A stretch of DNA of 64,000 bases from an uncultured Hormoscilla sp. (GTDB lineage: Bacteria; Cyanobacteriota; Cyanobacteriia; Cyanobacteriales; Desertifilaceae). Below, in pieces: positions 56,177 through 64,000 of the stretch. Within the stretch, counting starts at the first letter, position 1. Each line of letters starts with the position of its first letter. Under the pieces are notes generated by a model. It worked only from the letters and a program-made list of their open reading frames with translations. It did not search any database and was not told the DNA's origin. The translations under genes and the position numbers were made by a program. The stretch spans positions 480,001 to 544,000 of the forward strand of contig OZ001293.3 of NCBI GenBank assembly GCA_963921275.4. Reading direction: 5' to 3'.

Positions 56177-58127
56177 ATGTTCAAGTTCAAAAAAATCCTC
56201 GCGCTTATCGGTCAAACAGCTTTAATCGGTTTAATCTCATTAGGATTGACAGAAATCGCCTTCCGAGTATACAATAAAATTAACCCCAGTTTTATTTTCT
56301 ACGATCGGTCATACAATCGCTTTCGCGGCAAACCCAAGGCCCTGGACTATGATTTCACCTTAAACTCAAAGGGGTTTAAGGATGTTGAATTTAACCAGAA
56401 AAAATCTTCAGGTATATACCGCATATTAGGGATAGGCGATTCCTTTGCTTATGGAGTGGTTTCGTATCAGTACAATTACTATACTCGCGTAGAATAAAAA
56501 CTGAATCAACGAGAGAAAAAATTTGAAATCATTAATATGGGGATTCCCAACTTGGGGCCGAAAGATTATCTCTCAATTTTGGTGAATGAAGGATTGGAAT
56601 TAAATCCAGATATGGCGATCGTCAGTTTTTTCATTGGCAATGATTTTTCCGATATGCAACCTACCAGAAGCCTATATTCATATGTAGCCTCATTTATTAA
56701 GTTTGCGATCGACCTGCAGAAAAGCTATGAAGGACGGCAGATTCACGGAAATATGGTATATGAAGATGACCGACCGAGTATGGAGGCAGAAAAATTTTTG
56801 GAAATCCAAATCAACAGAAGCTATATTCACCTAAAGCAAAATGAATATTTCGAGAATCAGCTCAAGTCAGCAGTCAGTTATTTAAGCAAAATCAAGGAAA
56901 TATGTGATGCCAAAAATATTGATTTTTTGGTAGTAATAATTCCTGACGAGTTACAAGTAAACGAAAAATTGCAATCTCAAGTAATTCAAGCATTAGAATC
57001 TCATCCAGATAATTTTGATTTTACACTACCAAATCGATTGTTGTCTCGGGAACTGGAAAGTGAAAAGATTGAATATCTAGACATGTTAAGTGAGTTGAAG
57101 TCGGTTTCTCAATCGAAAAGAGTTTGTGCGATTCGTTCTAGCCTAACGTGGTCAAACACGGAACGCTAGCCCGGTTTCATTAGCCGGGAACTCTGACCGC
57201 ATGGGGGTTAAATTCCCCTCCCCCCAGGTACGGGGGTGACACCGGTCCTCGGTGCTACGAAGCGACATCATCGTGGTGCTAAGCGAGGACTCAAATGTAG
57301 GATAACTGGCAGCCTAAGCCGGTGACGCCGCTAGGAAAGATATCCAAGGTTAGAGCAGGCAAACATGTGCAAGCCTCGTTATAAGGAACCAGCGAAATAA
57401 GGCTATATGCGCTGGCCTAAAAAGGAAATGGTAGCTAGTATTAGTTTTAGACTCTGGCTAATATAGTACTCAAATAGCTCCCGGGGTATAGTGTGGACCT
57501 AAAGGTATCGCGAAATGTTGTTAGGGAACGAAGTAACCTCTCGTGTGCTGTCCATCAGGACAAGTTAGATGTTAAGCGCAAGCCACGGGGGGAGGGATGG
57601 CCCAAGAAGCGAATGCCCGGGGTAATTCCTGGGATAACATCTACAGTAATGTAGATGATGCTGGGTAGCCAGCGCTGACGTGGGTCGGTGATACTAGGAA
57701 GCTGCTGGAATGAGTAATCCTAAAAAGCCACGGAACTAATCCGAAACGCAAGTGGAGGATAAGGTATGGATAACTGGTAAAACTGACTTGAAAATGGTGA
57801 TACTAACGGTTATCAGAACAACCACTCGCTAAACCAGGAAAGGGAAGAAAAGACAGGCGGCAAGGGCTAACGGAAGTAATTCCTATTAAGTCTACCTATG
57901 AAAAGGGCCTAGTACCCAGTAGCCGGATGCGGTGAAAATCGCAAGTCCGGTTCCTCAAGGGAGGGTCGGGAAGCGATTCCCGGCTCGACCCCATCCACAA
58001 ACCTCAAGATACCCACTGGAATATTGCCGGAAACGAGTTGGCAGCAGAAATGATTTATAATATCTATCAGAGAATGCCGAATTATGAATACATTATTGAT
58101 TACGGGAACGGATACGGATGCTGGTAA
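56177..58127 (+). pseudogene. SGNH/AlgX-like hydrolase; in-frame stop at 56495 and a sense intron at 57126-57996
   Basis: NSKGFKD, IGDSFAYG, FIGNDF; spliced KRVYKPQDTHWNIAGNELAA. Confidence 0.82.
57126..57996 (+). mobile_element. ORF-less group II intron, lineage D (871 nt)
   Basis: Nearly identical to 52204-53074. Confidence 0.93.
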
Positions 58128-58779
58128 GACTGTGCTGACAACTTGTCTTGCTGCTTACTGGCAAACCTATTATCCCGATCGCAGTTGGGGAATAATGAAA
58201 CCAATTCAGGCGGGAAAGGGCGATCGGGAACTATACAGGGAGTTATTTTCCCTAGACTTATCCCCAGAAGAGATAACACCGCTATATTTCCAGACGCCAG
58301 TAGCCCCACCCATAGCGGCCCAGCGAGAAGGAAAACTGATAGAATTGGCAAAAGTATGGCAGACATTTAACAGCCTGCAACAGAAAAAAGATTGGTTGTT
58401 AGTGGAAGCCTTAGGAGGGTTAGGTTCTCCGGTAACGGAGGAACTGACAGTGGCAGATATAGCGAGAGATTGGCGGTTACCGGTGGCCTTAGTGGTGCCA
58501 GTCAAGCTAGGGGCGATCGGGCAAGCGGTGGCCAACGTTGCCCTAGCCCGCCAGTGCGAGATTGAGATCGAAGGTATAGTCTTGAATTGTATCAACCCAT
58601 GTTCGGACGAACAACTTGCGGACTGGACACCCATTGACCTAATTGAGTCTCTAACCTACAGGCCAGTTTTAGGAATTTTACCTCATCTGGCGGACCCCAA
58701 GGACTTAACAAAACTAGCTCAAGTTGCCTCAAATCTAGATTTAGAAAGATTGCTTCGGGGTTCGTATTCGGGTTCGTAG
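58084..58779 (+). CDS. bioD: Dethiobiotin synthase
   Basis: ITGTDTDAGKT, KPIQAG, VEALGGLGSP. Confidence 0.95.
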   Translation: MNTLLITGTDTDAGKTVLTTCLAAYWQTYYPDRSWGIMKPIQAGKGDRELYRELFSLDLSPEEITPLYFQTPVAPPIAAQREGKLIELAKVWQTFNSLQQKKDWLLVEALGGLGSPVTEELTVADIARDWRLPVALVVPVKLGAIGQAVANVALARQCEIEIEGIVLNCINPCSDEQLADWTPIDLIESLTYRPVLGILPHLADPKDLTKLAQVASNLDLERLLRGSYSGS

Positions 58780-59068
58780 TAAGCACAAAGCGTGCTTCGG
58801 GGTTCGTATTCGGGTTCGTAGTAAGCACAAAGCGTGCTTCCGGATCGCAAGGACTAAAGTCCTTACTAGGAACTATTTTAAATTAACAATACAAAACTAG
58901 CTCAAGTTGCCTCAAATCTAGATTTAGAAAGATTGCTTCGGGGTTCGTATTCGGGTTCGTGGTAAGCACAAAGCGTGCTTCGGGGATTCGGGTTTGTAGT
59001 AAGCACAAAGCGTGCTTTCGGATCGCAAGGACTTTAGTCATTACTAGGAACTATTTTTAATTAACAAT
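58708..59068. repeat. About 183-bp tandem duplication of the bioD 3' end, REP-like spacer and sbcD 3' end
   Basis: ACAAAACTAGCTCAAGTTGCC at 58708 and 58891; TTACTAGGAACTATTTT at 58863 and 59041. Confidence 0.85.
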
Positions 59069-60318
59069 TGCTGGACAAACTCGTAAATATTTTCTACAGG
59101 TTGGTTATTGAGTACCCGATCTTTTATATCGATCAGGGCTTTAGCAAACTCGGGTGCCTTTTGACTATAATAGACATTAGCCGCTAGCAAATCTTCAAAC
59201 ACCTGGAGTTCAATTTCAGACTTGGTGGGGGCCCGGTCGCCCGCCAGCATAGGCGTTTCATACTCAGTACCAGTAGCATCATACTTGAGTAAAAATATCA
59301 GCGCCTCGCACTCGCGATGCAGCTGCTGTCGGAGCGATCGCACGTTCAGGTCAAGGCGATTAAACCCCAACTGACCGAAGATGCGCAACTCGACGATCGC
59401 CTGTTGAGTTTTCCCTTGCTGAGCGACTGCTTGCACCTTTGCTAGAGCCGCTGCTTCCAATTCTACCAGAGTTTGCTGCTTATTTACTTCTAAGTTGAGG
59501 CGCAAGATCGATCGCTGATAATAATCTTGTTTCAACTGGGCGTTAATTCCCCGTTTGTCTATCTCCACCAGATAGACTCCCCGTGGGTTTTGCCCTTGAC
59601 TTTCCGCAATGCTATTAGCCTCTACGGAACCGGGATTAAAAATCCAACCTTCTGCAGTATAATGCTTGTGGATGTGACCCAGAGCCAGATAATCTACACC
59701 CGCATCTTTGAGTGGTAATAAATCTTGGTAGCGCAAGGCCCCTTCATAACGGGCAATCTGACCCTCTAACCCGTGATGAAATATCATGACAGTATGCTGG
59801 GGGCTCCCAGGCAACTGCCCGATTGCCGCTGCCAGTTGGGCGATCGCCTGGGGGGCCGCCGCACCGTACCACCGAGAGCCCAGAACCCGCACCCCGCAAT
59901 CTAAATCTATATAGCCACCAGTTTTCGTCTCTGGCGTCCACAGGTCATAAATTGCAGCGATCTCAATAGCAGCTTCATTAGGTTCGAGCAAAATCAACTT
60001 TTCCCAATCTGCCAGATAGCGCAGCCAGCTACTTTTGGTACCATAGGGCTGGTTATCGTGATTTCCTTCAATGGCCAACACAGGAATACCCGCTTCCTTG
60101 AGCATATCTAGACAGACCTGGGCATGATTGAGGGTAGCTGGCAGAATCTGCCGATGTTCAAACAAGTCACCAGCAATCAGCACAAAATCCACCGCTTCCC
60201 CCACAGCGTACTTTTCCAAAGCATCCTGAAATGCCAGAAAAAAGTCTTTCGTCCGCTCAGCATTATCGTAGCGGTCAAAACCCAGATGCACATCGGCCAC
60301 ATGTAGAAATCGGGGCAT
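59044..60318 (-). CDS. SbcD/Mre11-like DNA repair exonuclease
   Basis: HVADVHLG, IAGDLFE, EGNHD, ALGHIH, NPGS. Confidence 0.92.
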   Translation of the reverse strand: MPRFLHVADVHLGFDRYDNAERTKDFFLAFQDALEKYAVGEAVDFVLIAGDLFEHRQILPATLNHAQVCLDMLKEAGIPVLAIEGNHDNQPYGTKSSWLRYLADWEKLILLEPNEAAIEIAAIYDLWTPETKTGGYIDLDCGVRVLGSRWYGAAAPQAIAQLAAAIGQLPGSPQHTVMIFHHGLEGQIARYEGALRYQDLLPLKDAGVDYLALGHIHKHYTAEGWIFNPGSVEANSIAESQGQNPRGVYLVEIDKRGINAQLKQDYYQRSILRLNLEVNKQQTLVELEAAALAKVQAVAQQGKTQQAIVELRIFGQLGFNRLDLNVRSLRQQLHRECEALIFLLKYDATGTEYETPMLAGDRAPTKSEIELQVFEDLLAANVYYSQKAPEFAKALIDIKDRVLNNQPVENIYEFVQQLLIKNSS

Positions 60319-60733
60319 AATTAATTCAAAATTCAAAATTATTAACCCTATAAATAACGTTTTTTATCCTGTCCGATTAAATACCCATCCATAAAATTTT
60401 ATCACCTGTAGGTTTGGTTGAGGCACGAAACCAAACCTGTTATTGGGTAACGCGAGACATTGGTGAAGTTTTAAAAATTTTATGGGTAATTACCCACACA
60501 TGATATTATTTGTTAGTTGTTAGTATAATAATGCTATCACAGAACACAGTAACAAAATCTTATAATGTAATCTAGCCCGCCTGCGCGGGCGAAAGTTTGT
60601 CTAGCCCCACCCCTCGTTCCCACGGCTCTGCCTGGGAACGGTTGAGGGCCTGGTAGCTAATAATTGATTAGATCGTGATAGTTCTGCTTACATACGCCTA
60701 AAATCCGCTTGTCGTTCTCACTCACTGAGGGAC

Positions 60734-61840
60734 TTAGCTGGCGATATATTCCCGCACGATCGAGCGATGGCGACGCAGGTGGTTAATTGCTTGACGCTCT
60801 AGCTGGCGTACCCGTTCGCGACTGAGACCCATGCGTTGGCCCACCTGGGAGAGGGACAGTTCGTAACCATCTACCAGACCAAAGCGCAAGCTCAGAACTT
60901 CCCGTTGCTGGGGAGTCAGATCTGCCAAGAGTTGATTTATGTCTTGGCGCAGAGATTCCTGAGTCGTGTAGATCTCGGGGGAAATCCCGTCATCTTCCAG
61001 CAGGTCGGCCAATTCCGTGTCCTGGTTATCCCCAACCCGGATATCCAGAGAAATAGGTTGACGTGATATAGTCAGGTATTCCCGGATTTGACTCGGTTCT
61101 AATTGCAGTGCTTCGCCAATCTCAGCGGGAGTAGCTGATCGACCCAGTTTCTGGGAGAGTTCCCGCTGCATTTTCTTGATCTTATTGAGCTTTTCGGTAA
61201 TGTGGATCGGTAACCTTATGGTTCTAGCTTGCTGGGAGATCGCCCGGGTGATTGCTTGACGAATCCACCAGTAGGCGTAGGTGGAAAACTTATAGCCCCG
61301 AGTCGGGTCAAATTTTTCCACACCTCGTTCTAGACCTAGGGTTCCTTCCTGGATCAGGTCCAGAAATTCCATGTTCCGCTTCTGGTACTTCTTGGCGATC
61401 GCCACTACCAGGCGCAGATTTGCTTCGATCATCTTTTGCTTGGCCCGCTGGCCCTGCTGCATTACCTCATCGACGTCCTCCTGCTCGGAGAGCATCCCCT
61501 TTTCTTTGAGCGCCCCCACCCACTCCTCTTTACTCGCCGTGCGCTCCAGTTTTTCTTCCAGAGCAACCTTCTCCATCAGCATCCACATCATTTGCTGCAC
61601 CTGCTTCCCGTAGACAATTTCTTGCTCGTGATTCAGCAGCGGAACCCGACCGATTTCATGCAGGTAGATCCGGACTATGTCAGTGGTGTACATGGGTTTT
61701 TTGGCCGCCTTGCGAGTGGTGGTTTTTGTTTTGCTTTTTGTTTTTGCTTTTGCTTTTGCCATAGCTGCCCACTCGTCCTCCGTAACACCGTTTGTAAATA
61801 CTTCCATATTCCCTACCTTGCTTAGTAGACCTGGCATCAT
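60734..61840 (-). CDS. Group 2 RpoD-like sigma factor
   Basis: YLHEIGRVPLL, ANLRLVVAIAKKY, DLIQEG, YKFSTYAYWWIRQ, SRERVRQ. Confidence 0.95.
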   Translation of the reverse strand: MMPGLLSKVGNMEVFTNGVTEDEWAAMAKAKAKTKSKTKTTTRKAAKKPMYTTDIVRIYLHEIGRVPLLNHEQEIVYGKQVQQMMWMLMEKVALEEKLERTASKEEWVGALKEKGMLSEQEDVDEVMQQGQRAKQKMIEANLRLVVAIAKKYQKRNMEFLDLIQEGTLGLERGVEKFDPTRGYKFSTYAYWWIRQAITRAISQQARTIRLPIHITEKLNKIKKMQRELSQKLGRSATPAEIGEALQLEPSQIREYLTISRQPISLDIRVGDNQDTELADLLEDDGISPEIYTTQESLRQDINQLLADLTPQQREVLSLRFGLVDGYELSLSQVGQRMGLSRERVRQLERQAINHLRRHRSIVREYIAS

Positions 61841-62414
61841 AGATGCTTCTTTATATCTTTATGTTTCCCTGTTTTTCCGGATAAATCACAGGTTGTCCAT
61901 TTTTTCTATGGCTGCGCCACGCTGCGCGATCGGACCCCTGATCCCTTTAATCACCTCTGATTTCCCCCACTGGCTGCGACCATCTCATACTCCGGAGCGA
62001 GTTTGATTTATTTTTATCCTAATCCGGATATTTCGATCTAAACTGTGACCGGGGTCATCCGTTTTTTTGAGCTGGTGGCATTAATTTTTACCGCCATAAT
62101 TGCCTTACTTCCCGAATGTTATACCTACTTCTATGATGCCCCACCCACTGCCAGATGACCCTTTGCAGCCAATAGAGAAAACCGAACTTGTTTGAGATTA
62201 CTTGCTCTGGAAAGTCATCCTCCTAGTAGCGTCTTTTACCTACATCGCTCTTAGTACCCCACTAATAATGAATACAGTTTGAATCTAATATATTCTACAT
62301 TGGGGAAAAAATCAACCTCCTTCAGGCCAAGAAAATAAACAATCATGTATGGCCTGTATTATATCATAATCAGCAGCGTAGGACAAGTCTCGCCTGTCCG
62401 TGCCGGTGGGCAAA

Positions 62415-64000
62415 TCAGAAGCCGAGGTCTTCTAGGGCTTCGGCAGCGGCGGCAAATAGGGCCTCATCGGGCAGATCGGACCAGGCAGTTTCGCCAATTT
62501 CGCGGTAGAATTTCTGGTCGTAGGGACGGGTCTGCATGACTACCGGCATGGGAACAGCATGGCCCAGAATGAGGGCTTGCTGCTTGGAATCGAGTTTGGC
62601 CAAAACGGAACGCAAATTACCTCCTCCAGAAACACCTGTGAATATCGCCTCTATATCTTTTTCGTCATTGAGTAGGGCAGTTATGCGAGTGCCAATTTGA
62701 GACATGACTTCTTTATCGATGCCCGAGGGGCGCTGATCTATCACCAGTAGGGTCACGAAGTATTTCCGCATTTCTCGGGCGATCGTGCCGAAGATGGTTT
62801 GACTGGCGATACTGGGATCTAGGAAACGATGGGCCTCTTCGATGGTGATTACTAGAGGACGGGGGCGATCGCCGGGATTTTTGGTCTGTAAGAACCTGTC
62901 GGCTTTGCGGACGTAAGCATAGTGGATGCGGCGGGTAATCATATTGGTGGCCAACATATAAGAGATGAGGTTGGACTGAGAACCGAATTCCACTACTACA
63001 TGCTTGCCAGCGTCCAGGGACTCCAAAATCTGATCTATATAATTGTGACCGCTGAAGTTACGCAGGTATTTCAGACCCGTCAAACGATTCAGTTTCCGCT
63101 GCAAGGCCGCAATCGAGGTTTTGCTGCCATTGTTTTCTTTACAAAATTCCTCGATATCCAGGTTACTCATTTCCAGCAACTGGACTATCCAATTGTCGCC
63201 AAAATGATTCCGCAACAGCAGGGCACTGTCCAGGCTAGCTTCCGAGAGATTTAACTCCCTTTTGACCAAATTTAGGTCTTCAACTTCAATTTGATTGAAG
63301 CCGAGGTACAATTCTTGAGCATCTCGGATGCCTCGCCGTCTTGTCGATTCCGGATCGAGGGTGTAAACTATCACTTGGCCGGGAAATAGCTGCCGCAAGC
63401 CCTTGGCCGTGGCGAAGGATTTCCCTTCACAAACTGCTTCCCACCCATATTCCGAGTGCATGTCAAAAATTAGATTTACAGCCACTTGCTTGCTGATGAT
63501 CCCAGATAGCAGCAGGCGGGCGAGAAAGGATTTTCCCGTACCTGATTTCCCAAAGATGCCATTACTCCGTTCCACAAATCTGTCTAAGTCGATACAGACT
63601 GGTACGTCCATATCAATTGGTTTCCCGATCGCGAAGTTGCGGCGTCCGGGGTCATCTTCCCAGCCAAATACGGCCCGAAAGTCATATTCTGAGGCATCAT
63701 ATACTTGGCTGAAATGGCTGGGAATGGTCTTGACTGGCATTAAATCTAGGTCGATGCTGGTTTGGGCCTGAAAAGATGCCAGAGGGTATTTGCCATTTTT
63801 CCCCTGGACAAAATTATCTTTTTCCCCCATCTTGGGGGTGAACATTAACATTGGAGTGAGATAGATCGTGCCATAAGTGCTGCTTCCGGCCAGGACTTCC
63901 TGCAATAAGCTATTGGACGGTTCGGGGGGGTTGGCGATAATTCTGTTGCTAGAAGTCCCTAGGGCTACGTCTGTGACTAGACAGAAAAACCGCGACCTCC
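62415..64000 (-). CDS. HerA-like (DUF87) ATPase/helicase, 5' end beyond the window
   Basis: GKSGTGKS, IFDMHSEY, IEEAHRF, AREMRKY, DQRPS. Confidence 0.9.
   Translation of the reverse strand, partial: RSRFFCLVTDVALGTSSNRIIANPPEPSNSLLQEVLAGSSTYGTIYLTPMLMFTPKMGEKDNFVQGKNGKYPLASFQAQTSIDLDLMPVKTIPSHFSQVYDASEYDFRAVFGWEDDPGRRNFAIGKPIDMDVPVCIDLDRFVERSNGIFGKSGTGKSFLARLLLSGIISKQVAVNLIFDMHSEYGWEAVCEGKSFATAKGLRQLFPGQVIVYTLDPESTRRRGIRDAQELYLGFNQIEVEDLNLVKRELNLSEASLDSALLLRNHFGDNWIVQLLEMSNLDIEEFCKENNGSKTSIAALQRKLNRLTGLKYLRNFSGHNYIDQILESLDAGKHVVVEFGSQSNLISYMLATNMITRRIHYAYVRKADRFLQTKNPGDRPRPLVITIEEAHRFLDPSIASQTIFGTIAREMRKYFVTLLVIDQRPSGIDKEVMSQIGTRITALLNDEKDIEAIFTGVSGGGNLRSVLAKLDSKQQALILGHAVPMPVVMQTRPYDQKFYREIGETAWSDLPDEALFAAAAEALEDLGF

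Noticed and set aside
59044..64000. HerA plus nuclease as an antiphage system
   Set aside because: SbcD/Mre11-like and HerA genes are routine cyanobacterial repair genes and are separated by a sigma factor here

Overview
Cyanobacterial chromosome segment, judged from abundant HIP1 (GCGATCGC), psaC and psb34-like genes. It looks like a filamentous, possibly host-associated lineage undergoing genome decay. Core genes (glmU, psaC, glmS, dapL, rnc, rsmG, prs, bioD, sbcD/mre11, a group 2 sigma factor, herA) are intact. Many accessory genes, especially toxins and nucleases, carry single nonsense or frameshift lesions. The window holds eight ORF-less group II introns of four lineages, each lineage with its own EBS1 loop matching its insertion sites. 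It also holds an IS982, an ISKra4 (itself invaded by an intron and six tiny repeats), nested MITEs, a 4-copy Rpn array and a 4+2 psb34/psb35-like array with HLR1 and CRP-like boxes. Most notable: (1) a phycocyanin-alpha-like domain lacking the chromophore Cys, fused to a VapB-type antitoxin tail and coupled to a PIN toxin gene, a candidate phycobilisome/NblA decoy toxin-antitoxin system; (2) a bacterial homolog of the eukaryotic lariat debranching enzyme Dbr1 in an intron-laden genome; (3) an intron inserted directly after the ATG of an antitoxin gene. All family calls come from motif recognition by eye; no database searches were run.
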